NCBI GenBank assembly: GCA_964424985.1
Contig: CAYRKQ010000004.1
Span: 1-52,802 of the forward strand
Direction: 5' to 3'
Length of the DNA stretch: 52,802 nucleotides
Source: an uncultured Candidatus Saccharibacteria bacterium
Lineage (GTDB): Bacteria > Patescibacteriota > Saccharimonadia > Saccharimonadales > UBA7683
Position numbers and translations under genes: made by a program. The notes beneath the pieces were generated by a model. That model was not told the DNA's origin. It searched no databases and saw only the letters and a program-made list of their open reading frames with translations. This document shows positions 36,569 through 43,266 of the stretch, piece by piece (within the stretch, counting starts at the first letter, position 1; the number at the start of each line of letters is the position of its first letter).

Positions 36569-37066
36569 ATGAAACACACCGTGAGACACCTCCTCAGCTG
36601 TTTGCTTATAACTGCGTTTATTCTGGCTGCTGGTGTCATGGCCGTAACTCCAGTTTATGCGCAGGAAACAACTCCCCCGCCAATTACACAGCAGACGGTG
36701 GCGGATAGCGTGTGTCAGGGTGTGCTTGGTACGCAAGACGTAAATGTGGATACCACCGTCACGGCCGCGGATTGTAAAGAAAATGGCAGCCAGACGTTCA
36801 ATGATGTGATTCGGCGTATCATCAACATCTTCTCCATTGTCGTGGGTGCTGTTTCAGTCATCATGATCATTATCGGCGGCTTCCGCTACATTATTTCAGG
36901 CGGCGATTCAACTGGTGTCAGTGGCGCTAAAAACACCATCCTCTACGCAGTAGTTGGCCTGGTTATTGTCCTGTTTGCACAAGTTATTGTCCGGTTTGTC
37001 GTAGCAAACCTCTCCACCCCCACGACTCCCCCACCGGTTTCAAACACCAGCCAGCCACAAAACTAA
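36569..37066 (+). CDS. VirB2/TrbC-like pilin paralog 7 with Pro/Thr-rich C-tail
   Basis: Signal peptide ending VYA, loop CQGVLGTQDVNVDTTVTAADC, core IIGGFRYIISGGDSTGVSGAKNTILYAVVGLV. Confidence 0.65.
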   Translation: MKHTVRHLLSCLLITAFILAAGVMAVTPVYAQETTPPPITQQTVADSVCQGVLGTQDVNVDTTVTAADCKENGSQTFNDVIRRIINIFSIVVGAVSVIMIIIGGFRYIISGGDSTGVSGAKNTILYAVVGLVIVLFAQVIVRFVVANLSTPTTPPPVSNTSQPQN

Positions 37067-37073
37067 CTACCGC

Positions 37074-37111
37074 CTAATTTCCAATTTTGCAGTTTTCAAT
37101 TTACAATCAAT
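37074..37111. repeat. Left arm of the 38-bp inverted repeat enclosing the four-helix-bundle gene
   Basis: 37082-37111 is the exact reverse complement of 37477-37506 (30 bp). It extends to 38 bp with one mismatch and one G-T pair. Confidence 0.9.
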
Positions 37112-37117
37112 TTAGCA

Positions 37118-37474
37118 ATGAGTGGGCAGCAAAAATTTGATTTAGAAGAACGCACTGCTTTATTTGGTGAGGATACCATAAAGTTATGTCAAAAATTACC
37201 AAAAACCCAAGTGGTTAACCCGCTTGTGAACCAGATTATTCGATCTGCGACGAGTATTGGCGCAAATTACATGGAGGCCAACGGGGCAAGTTCTAAGAAA
37301 GATTTTCGTAATAAAATACACATCTGTAAGAAAGAGGCTCAGGAAACTCAACATTGGCTTCGCATGCTCAGCGTTGCCTCTCCAGAATATAAAGACGAGC
37401 TCCGCACGCTTTGGCAAGAGGTGCACGAACTCGTACTTATTTTTCAGAAGATAACGTCTACTTTGAAAAATTGA
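37118..37474 (+). CDS. Four-helix-bundle protein (23S rRNA intervening-sequence protein family)
   Basis: QIIRSATSIGANYMEANGASSKKDFRNKIHICKKEAQETQHWLRML matches the family pattern. Confidence 0.85.
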   Translation: MSGQQKFDLEERTALFGEDTIKLCQKLPKTQVVNPLVNQIIRSATSIGANYMEANGASSKKDFRNKIHICKKEAQETQHWLRMLSVASPEYKDELRTLWQEVHELVLIFQKITSTLKN

Positions 37475-37476
37475 TC

Positions 37477-37514
37477 ATTGATTGTAAATTGAAAACTGCA
37501 AAATTGAAAATTGG
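37477..37514. repeat. Right arm of the inverted repeat enclosing the four-helix-bundle gene
   Basis: Begins 2 nt after the stop codon. See the left arm. Confidence 0.9.
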
Positions 37515-37534
37515 ATCGCAGGAATGACGCGAAG

Positions 37535-37557
37535 CAAAAGGTCGCCCTATGGCGACC
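37535..37557 (-). terminator. Rho-independent terminator for hsp20
   Basis: On the minus strand: GGTCGCC-atag-GGCGACC followed by TTTT. Confidence 0.65.
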
Positions 37558-37595
37558 CTGCCCTAACCACTCATCACAAATCACTATCCACTAAC

Positions 37596-38093
37596 TTAGC
37601 TGATTTGAATCTTTTTAACGGTTTCTTGTTTCACTTTTGTAAAGATAACGCTTAGTACGCCGTCTTTTAGTACTGCTTCAACCTCATCTTCTTTTACCGG
37701 CACTGGAAGCGCCAGAGTTCGGCTGAATTCACCCCAGTAACATTCTTGTACGTGGTAATTTTCAGCGTCAACTTCATCACCGCTTGTCAACGTGCCCTTA
37801 ATGGTCAGCGTATTATCAGAGATGCTTACATCAAGATCATCTTTGTTTACACCGGCTGTACGAGCCTTCACAATCAACTTTTCTTTGGTTTCGTACACAT
37901 CTACCGCAAGCATACCGGGCATGTCTTGCATTTGGTCTTCGTCCCAATCGTCGTTTGATGCAGGAACAGTTGCGTCTTGAGGTTCATCAGCGCTTGAATC
38001 GGCAACACCTGTTGGTGTGCTGTCATCTAAAAAGGCCGCCGTCAGTTCATCTTCCATTAACAGATCGTTGTCATTTTTTTGGCGTCGTGCCAT
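37596..38093 (-). CDS. Hsp20/alpha-crystallin family small heat-shock protein
   Basis: Alpha-crystallin domain LAVDVYETKEKLIVKARTAGVNKDDLDVSISDNTLTIKG...ALPVPVKEDEVEAVLKDGVLSVIFTK. Confidence 0.9.
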   Translation of the reverse strand: MARRQKNDNDLLMEDELTAAFLDDSTPTGVADSSADEPQDATVPASNDDWDEDQMQDMPGMLAVDVYETKEKLIVKARTAGVNKDDLDVSISDNTLTIKGTLTSGDEVDAENYHVQECYWGEFSRTLALPVPVKEDEVEAVLKDGVLSVIFTKVKQETVKKIQIS

Positions 38094-38186
38094 GTGAAAC
38101 CTCCACTTTCTCGCAGTTTTTACTAATTTGCATTATAGCGAAAACTTTGCCCTATATGCAATAATTGGCCATGGGTTGTTGTAAAA

Positions 38187-38873
38187 ATGTTTAAGTCACC
38201 TCTAGAATCAGCACTATCACTTTTAACGATTGAAAATTGCCTCATCTGTAACGCCGCCGGTGAACAACTTTGTGAGGGGTGTTTTGCTGCCAGTTTTGAT
38301 ACTTTAGAATCTCGTTGTTACATTTGCAACAAGCTTACTGCTCAAAACCGCGTCTGTAAGAGCTGCAAATCACGTTCACGTCTTCGTCGTGTCTGGTGGC
38401 TTTCAGGGTATAGCGGCGTTTATAAAGATCTTGTCTGGCAAGTAAAATATCAACGAAAACGAGCCACGGCGCGGTTGCTGGGCAGATACCTTGCGGATAC
38501 CCTGCCGTTTTTACCCCCTGAGACGCTCGTAGTGCCGCTTTCTACCGCTACGAGTCGTATACGGCGTCGTGGCTACGATCAGGCTGTCATGATGGCTGCA
38601 GCGTTCGCCAGGGCTCGAGACCTTTCGGTGGTTCCCGCTCTCATCCGAACTGATCAGAAAGAACTCATCGGGATGCGTCGAAACGATAGATTAAAAGCAA
38701 TGGAGGATAGTTTAGCACTAAAGTCCGGGGTTGATTTAAAGAATAAATCAATTCTGCTTATTGATGACGTTCTGACTACCGGCGCCAGTCTGGAGGCAGC
38801 TGCTAAACTGCTGAGAAAAAATGGAGCTGCTCATGTCGACGCGGCAGTGATTTGTCGTAAAGCACCCGTGTGA
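38187..38873 (+). CDS. comF: ComF family protein (phosphoribosyltransferase-like competence protein)
   Basis: Two N-terminal CxxC pairs (CLICN..CEGC and CYICN..CKSC). C-terminal PRTase motif ILLIDDVLTTGASL. Confidence 0.85.
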   Translation: MFKSPLESALSLLTIENCLICNAAGEQLCEGCFAASFDTLESRCYICNKLTAQNRVCKSCKSRSRLRRVWWLSGYSGVYKDLVWQVKYQRKRATARLLGRYLADTLPFLPPETLVVPLSTATSRIRRRGYDQAVMMAAAFARARDLSVVPALIRTDQKELIGMRRNDRLKAMEDSLALKSGVDLKNKSILLIDDVLTTGASLEAAAKLLRKNGAAHVDAAVICRKAPV

Positions 38874-39031
38874 ACTACTGCTGGTAGATAGTATGGGTCG
38901 TTTTTTTCGTTTCACAAGAAGAGAAACGCCCAGACAAAGGTCTGAGCGCTCCCCTGCTGGCGTAATTCTACGACCACGCTCGAACCTATTTAAGTTGGGT
39001 AAACAGACAAGCAGGGGTAGATATACGCTTG

Positions 39032-39898
39032 CTATACGTCTTTGGACAAGCTCTTTAGGCTCATAGACCTTGGCTCATCATCAACTTCGACCCTCAACCA
39101 CACTCTGTCGGCTGCTTTTGTCGCTTTCATAAGCTGCTGCCTGGTAGTCGTACCAAACACCAGCTCATCATCCCAGGCTTCATCCAAGATATGCTTCATC
39201 TGTCTGTTAAGCTTCTTCTGGCTTCGTTCATTTGCACATATGGCGAGGATTGCCGGAAAGGGTTCATCTGCTTGCCAATCACCGCTTTCCTTGAAGTTCG
39301 CGTAGTTCCTGGTTTTTCTGATACTGACAAAGAAGGGCTTGGTGCCATCCCAGATGTCGAGGAAGTAGTGCTTGGCTGGAGCGTCGTCTCTGCCTGGTAT
39401 CTCAAGATGCAAATCTGGTGTCCAAACAGGGTAATAGTCGTACTGTGCCATATGGCTTTTAGGCAAGATTTGGGACTTATCCCCGCCACCGTACATGGCT
39501 CTGAGCTGCTGAGATGTTTCAGTAACAGTGATGCAGTGAGCTAAGAAGTCTTGCGATACTGTTTTGTTTTTGTATAGGCTCTTGGTTGCCCACTGGTTGG
39601 TGGTGTTTGGTTTGGCTTTCTCGAGCTGACATGCGCCTTTGGGAGTAATAAAGTACTCGGCTGGTCTGCCCGCCAGCTTGTAGCTCTTGTTATAGTGTTT
39701 GCTAATGAAGCCCTGGGCTTCAAGTACCTGTAGTTTATTCTGTATTGCTTTGTGGCTGGATCTACCGAGTGAGCGAGCCAATTGTTTGGCGGTGCAGAAA
39801 CGGTACCAATACAGCAGGTGCAGAGTTTGAAGCTGCTGGGCATTGAGTGGTCTGCGGTACTTCGCTGTGCTGGCTTTGTTAACGACCATATCACTCAT
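39032..39898 (-). CDS. Replication-relaxation family-like winged-helix protein
   Basis: LNAQQLQTLHLLYWYRFCTAKQLARSLGRSSHKAIQNKLQVLEAQGFISKHY...YFITPKGA fits the remembered pattern of the plasmid/ICE replication-relaxation family. Confidence 0.45.
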   Translation of the reverse strand: MSDMVVNKASTAKYRRPLNAQQLQTLHLLYWYRFCTAKQLARSLGRSSHKAIQNKLQVLEAQGFISKHYNKSYKLAGRPAEYFITPKGACQLEKAKPNTTNQWATKSLYKNKTVSQDFLAHCITVTETSQQLRAMYGGGDKSQILPKSHMAQYDYYPVWTPDLHLEIPGRDDAPAKHYFLDIWDGTKPFFVSIRKTRNYANFKESGDWQADEPFPAILAICANERSQKKLNRQMKHILDEAWDDELVFGTTTRQQLMKATKAADRVWLRVEVDDEPRSMSLKSLSKDV

Positions 39899-40195
39899 AC
39901 TACGATCTCAATATCCACGAGCGCATACGTAACTACATCACTTAAACTACTGATATGCCTCATTAGTGCTCTAGCCATACAATCCACAAAACCTATACCT
40001 AAACATTTACCTGCAACCATTCATCACTCACTTTGTATCTTCTCTTCTATATTTATATATAAAGAAAGGAAGAAAAGAAAGAGAAGAAATAGAGAAGAGT
40101 AAATAAGATAGATTGGGTGTCGGTGGATAACTTATGTTAAGTGAGATGTACTGACGATCCGGCCTATACGAGGGAAGATAAAAAATAAAAATGTA

Positions 40196-40224
40196 TTGAC
40201 AATAGATGTACACTTACTCATAAT
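40196..40224 (+). promoter_or_regulatory. Consensus sigma70-like promoter for brnTA, leaderless geometry
   Basis: TTGACA (40196-40201), 17 nt, CATAAT (40219-40224), then 6 nt to ATG 40231. Confidence 0.6.
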
Positions 40225-40230
40225 GTAAAT

Positions 40231-40521
40231 ATGGCTTTTGATATATCTTTCAATGAAGAAAAGAATCAATTATTAAAAGCTATGCGAGGCGTTGGGTTTG
40301 ATGAGATTATCTTGGCTATCGAGGCCGGTAACTTACTTGACGACATGGGGCACCCAAACAAGAAGTACTCTCATCAGCGAGTATACGTGGTACGCATTCG
40401 TACGTACGTCTATGCAGTCCCTTATGTTGTTAACCCAAAGACTAAGGAGATTTTCCTAAAAACAGCCTATCCCAGCAGAGTTTTAAAGCGTAAATATATT
40501 CAAGGAGATAATCATGAGTGA
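40231..40521 (+). CDS. BrnT-like (DUF497) toxin
   Basis: 96 aa. FNEEKNQLLKAMRGVGFDEI N-terminal pattern. 8-nt overlap with the downstream RHH antitoxin. Confidence 0.55.
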   Translation: MAFDISFNEEKNQLLKAMRGVGFDEIILAIEAGNLLDDMGHPNKKYSHQRVYVVRIRTYVYAVPYVVNPKTKEIFLKTAYPSRVLKRKYIQGDNHE

Positions 40522-40822
40522 TACATCCAGTCCCTACACCAATCTAGTTCTAGATGATGAAGAGCAGGCTCTTGAGAATGCTCTGGAGCGGGGTGAATTT
40601 GAATCTGTCGACAACTTTGAAGAGGTGAAGAAACAAGCTGAAGCAGCCGCAAAACGTCATATTGAGTTACAGACCAGCAAGCCTGTTACTTTGCGCGTCA
40701 AGCAAGCTGACCTCATTAAGATAAAGGCAAAGGCAAAGCGAGGTAATATACCCTATCAGACGCTCCTCGGCGCAGTACTACATGATTTTGCTGAGAATAA
40801 AACAGAAATTAAGTTACGTTGA
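40514..40822 (+). CDS. BrnA-like CopG/RHH antitoxin
   Basis: C-terminal PVTLRVKQADLIKIKAKAKRGNIPYQTLLGAVLHDFA. Confidence 0.6.
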   Translation: MSDTSSPYTNLVLDDEEQALENALERGEFESVDNFEEVKKQAEAAAKRHIELQTSKPVTLRVKQADLIKIKAKAKRGNIPYQTLLGAVLHDFAENKTEIKLR

Positions 40823-40960
40823 TAAACATAGCTCATTAGAAACGTACGTCTCGGGGGCACTTATTATTGTTGCTACTTAGGTAAAGGTCTATGGACGACA
40901 TAAAAAATTACGAACCTAAAAAACCAACACCTTTTTCAACTTCTAAAAATCTCAAAGTGT

Positions 40961-41039
40961 TGGCGGAGCCATGTACCGTACGGATAAAGAAGAATAAAGG
41001 GTTCAAAAGTGTTGGCGGAGCCATGTACCGTACGGTACA
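40961..41039 (-). repeat. 79-nt tRNA-Ser 3' trailer repeat, copy A
   Basis: 78/79 identical to the reverse complement of 44126-44204. Contains two direct copies of GTACGGTACATGGCTCCGCCA. The 24-bp perfect palindrome GCCATGTACCGTACGGTACATGGC (41020-41043) includes the tRNA GCCA end. Confidence 0.9.
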
Positions 41040-41127
41040 TGGCGGAGAGGGAGGGATTCGAACCCTCGAAGGCTTGCACCTTACCGCTTTTCGAGAGCGG
41101 CCAGTTCAACCACTCCTGCACCTCTCC
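41040..41127 (-). tRNA. tRNA-Ser (anticodon CGA), class II with long variable arm, CCA encoded
   Basis: Manual cloverleaf: GGAGAGG acceptor, anticodon stem CCGCT/AGCGG, loop CTCGAAA, T arm GAGGG-TTCGAAT-CCCTC, 3' end CCTCTCC-G-CCA. Confidence 0.85.
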
Positions 41128-41214
41128 ATATCTGTTATTTTAACAGAAAATCACCACTTCCGTGATGATGCGCGGCAGAATTAGCGCTACGCTTCTCCGT
41201 TCAAGCTTCACATC

Positions 41215-41454
41215 CTACAAGAAATGCTTACGAGCAAAAGCAATTCCTGAGCCAGTTTTTAAGTATTCTTCAAAGCTGCGAGCCTTGGATTCACTTTCAA
41301 ACAATAAGTACATCACTAATTTCCATGGCTTGTATTTTTTTGTGTGATTACTGCGACCAGCATTGTGATCTAGAAATCTTCTCTTTAAATCTTTGGTGAA
41401 GCCAGTGTAAATTTGATTATGCCCTTCACTACCCAAGATATAAACGTAATACAT
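41215..41454 (-). CDS. Small GIY-YIG nuclease family protein (YhbQ/UPF0213-like)
   Basis: MYYVYILGSEGHNQIYTGFTKDLKRRFLDHNAG. Confidence 0.8.
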   Translation of the reverse strand: MYYVYILGSEGHNQIYTGFTKDLKRRFLDHNAGRSNHTKKYKPWKLVMYLLFESESKARSFEEYLKTGSGIAFARKHFL

Positions 41455-41612
41455 TACTTTGATTTTAAACTAAAAAGCCCCCCCTTCGCACCAGGCTTCG
41501 GAGGGCATTCTACTAATTTAATTCTACGAAACTTTATGTGAAGTAGAATGGTACGGCATTATCAACGAGGTTAGAAAAATTTACTTGTTGGGTTAGGTAC
41601 GGCGGCCCAACA

Positions 41613-41954
41613 CTATAATGATAAAACTAGACGAATGCCTTCATCAATCTGTAACATCATTACATGGTCTACTTGGCCAATTTCCTCTGATAGGAATCGT
41701 TTATCAATCGTTATAATTTGAGATACGTTGACAACTGATTCTTTGATCAGGCCCGTTTTAGTCTTAGGCAAAATTACATTACCCGGAGCTTTGGCTAATC
41801 GGAGATTGGAAGTTAAAGCAACAGCTACTACGGTATTTATGCTACTACGGTTAAAGTCATCAGACTGAACGATAACGACTGGACGTCTAAGGCCTGGTTC
41901 TGACGCGACTGGTTCGCCTAAATCGGCCCACCAAACTTGTCCTCGTTTCACCAC
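41613..41954 (-). CDS. mazF: MazF/PemK family toxin
   Basis: RGQVWWADLGEPVASEPGLRRPVVIVQSDDFN. 7-nt overlap with the antitoxin gene. Confidence 0.85.
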   Translation of the reverse strand: MVKRGQVWWADLGEPVASEPGLRRPVVIVQSDDFNRSSINTVVAVALTSNLRLAKAPGNVILPKTKTGLIKESVVNVSQIITIDKRFLSEEIGQVDHVMMLQIDEGIRLVLSL

Positions 41955-42184
41955 TTATCTTTCGATAACGACTGGAGCTGCAAATCTTTCAGCACAGGAT
42001 CAAGTTGGGAATTAGTTTGACGGTACACTGCATCAAGCTTCTCGGTGACGCTGTCGTTGCGATATTTTTCCAGATAGCGACTGATAGCCTGCGTATACAG
42101 CTGGCTGCGAGATTTCCCTAATCTATTGGCTAACTCTTCAGCAGACTTAAATACTTGGTCGGGTATTGATATCGCAGTCTTCAT
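41948..42184 (-). CDS. RHH/CopG-type antitoxin of the MazF pair
   Basis: MKTAISIPDQVFKSAEELANRLGKSRSQLYTQAISRYL. Confidence 0.7.
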   Translation of the reverse strand: MKTAISIPDQVFKSAEELANRLGKSRSQLYTQAISRYLEKYRNDSVTEKLDAVYRQTNSQLDPVLKDLQLQSLSKDKW

Positions 42185-42190
42185 ATTATG

Positions 42191-42220
42191 AGTATAACTT
42201 TAGTTATACCTTATTGTCAA
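42191..42220 (-). promoter_or_regulatory. Sigma70-like promoter plus palindromic operator for the mazEF-like operon, leaderless geometry
   Basis: On the minus strand: TTGACA (42215-42220), 18 nt, TATACT (42191-42196), then 6 nt to ATG 42182-42184. Palindrome GTATAAC-ttta-GTTATAC at 42192-42209. Confidence 0.55.
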
Positions 42221-42279
42221 GGAGTATCAGTAGTTCGGGCGTCTACGATGGTCTTACAAAAATAGCAGATACAGAATAT

Positions 42280-42328
42280 CGTGGTACGCGCGGCAGGATT
42301 AGCGCTGACGCTTCTTCTTTCAAGCTTT
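42280..42328. repeat. Duplicate of the tRNA-Arg 3' end (21 bp exact) plus a shared adjoining sequence of about 28 bp
   Basis: 42280-42300 is identical to 42457-42477. The whole 49-bp block recurs, diverged, at 41161-41208. Confidence 0.85.
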
Positions 42329-42426
42329 CTCAAAGCAAGCTCTTGCGAGAGCTTTCACTCCACGACCCACGACTACCATCTGCTTCGCATCTGAGTCGTA
42401 GAACCAAACCTGGCAGCATGTACCAC

Positions 42427-42452
42427 GCAAAAGCCCCACAAGAAGTGGGGCG
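42427..42452 (-). terminator. Hairpin plus T-run directly downstream of tRNA-Arg
   Basis: On the minus strand: GCCCCAC-ttctt-GTGGGGC followed by TTTT. Confidence 0.6.
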
Positions 42453-42458
42453 TTCACG

Positions 42459-42535
42459 TGGTACGCGCGGCAGGATTTGAACCTACGACCTTCGGCTCCG
42501 CAAGCCGACGCTCTATCCAGCTGAGCTACGCGCGC
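42459..42535 (-). tRNA. tRNA-Arg (anticodon GCG), CCA encoded
   Basis: Manual cloverleaf: GCGCGCG acceptor, D arm GCTC-AGCTGGATA-GAGC, anticodon stem TCGGC/GCCGA, loop TTGCGGA, T arm GTAGG-TTCAAAT-CCTGC, A73-CCA. Confidence 0.8.
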
Positions 42536-42597
42536 ACAAGCACTTCACTCATCTGTCTAGAGCAGGCCGCTAACTTTCATTATCGGCTTCACCTGGG

Positions 42598-42618
42598 CAG
42601 CTGAGCTACGTGCGTGCG
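42598..42618 (-). pseudogene. Fragment resembling the 5' acceptor/D-arm of tRNA-Arg
   Basis: CAGCTGAGCTACG (42598-42610) is identical to 42518-42530 inside tRNA-Arg. The downstream sequence cannot close a D stem, so it is not a functional tRNA. Confidence 0.5.
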
Positions 42619-42720
42619 TTTGGCGAATGTCCTAAGACATCACGCCGCACTAAATTTGAGGTACTTTCTGCATTTTAAAGGGCAGAACAGAGGCCAGTGT
42701 AACATAGTTACATACAGGCA

Positions 42721-42987
42721 TCAAAGATTCTTGTAGACATCACGCCGATGCCCTGCTCGTAAAACTTCAATCAATATCATTTCTTCCTTAATCCTATATA
42801 CCACCCTATAGTCTCCAATACGTATGCGGTAGCTAGATTTGCTTCCTTTTAGCTTTTCACAACCAGATGGTCGAGGAGTTTGAGCTAACTGATAAATTTT
42901 TATTACAACTCTGTTACGAACAGTGCCCGGCAGCCCTCTGATGTCTTTCTGCGCTGAACGTACGATCTGAATTCTATAAGAGCCCAT
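42721..42987 (-). CDS. relE: RelE/ParE family toxin
   Basis: 88 aa. YRIRIGDYRVVYRIKEEMILIEVLRAGHRRDVY. Confidence 0.85.
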   Translation of the reverse strand: MGSYRIQIVRSAQKDIRGLPGTVRNRVVIKIYQLAQTPRPSGCEKLKGSKSSYRIRIGDYRVVYRIKEEMILIEVLRAGHRRDVYKNL

Positions 42988-43192
42988 CGGCCTTAAGTTC
43001 TTTCACGAACTCGTCAAAATCAATTGCTGGTTCATTTTCACGCTCTTTAGCAACCCTTAAGTCATCTAAATCTTCTAAAATCTGGTACTTAATTGCATCT
43101 TCAACTAGAGAAGAGATAGTCTCATCACTTTCGGCAGCACGTATTTTTAGTGCTCTATAAAGTTTATCGTTTAAGGTAATTGTTGTTCTCAT
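42974..43192 (-). CDS. RHH-type antitoxin of the RelE pair
   Basis: MRTTITLNDKLYRALKIRAAESDETISSLVEDAI. 14-nt overlap with the toxin gene. Confidence 0.7.
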   Translation of the reverse strand: MRTTITLNDKLYRALKIRAAESDETISSLVEDAIKYQILEDLDDLRVAKERENEPAIDFDEFVKELKADGLL

Positions 43193-43266
43193 AGCGTATC
43201 CTTTCGGATATCATCATAACATCAATGCATCATCGCATCAATATGCCTACTTCTGTCAGCAAGTTA

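Noticed and set aside
33954-37066. Possibility that the repeated pilin segments represent a CRISPR array or a diversity-generating retroelement (TR/VR pair).
   Set aside because: There are no short regular repeat-spacer units. No reverse transcriptase ORF exists in the window. The identical 65-bp tract covers the conserved core rather than the variable part, the opposite of a DGR.
38940-39020. tRNA-like fragment (minus-strand GGTTCGAGC T-loop-like sequence) and the 8-bp inverted repeat CCCCTGCT/AGCAGGGG downstream of comF.
   Set aside because: I could not fold a cloverleaf. There is no acceptor stem or anticodon arm.
40891-41184. 97-aa plus-strand ORF and the related ORFs 43884-44204 (minus) and 43960-44223 (plus), which share the peptide AEPCTV.IKKNKGFKSVGGAMYRTVHGGEGGIRTLE.
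   Set aside because: They run straight through the two tRNA-Ser genes and their duplicated trailers. The shared peptide is a by-product of the DNA repeat, not a conserved protein.
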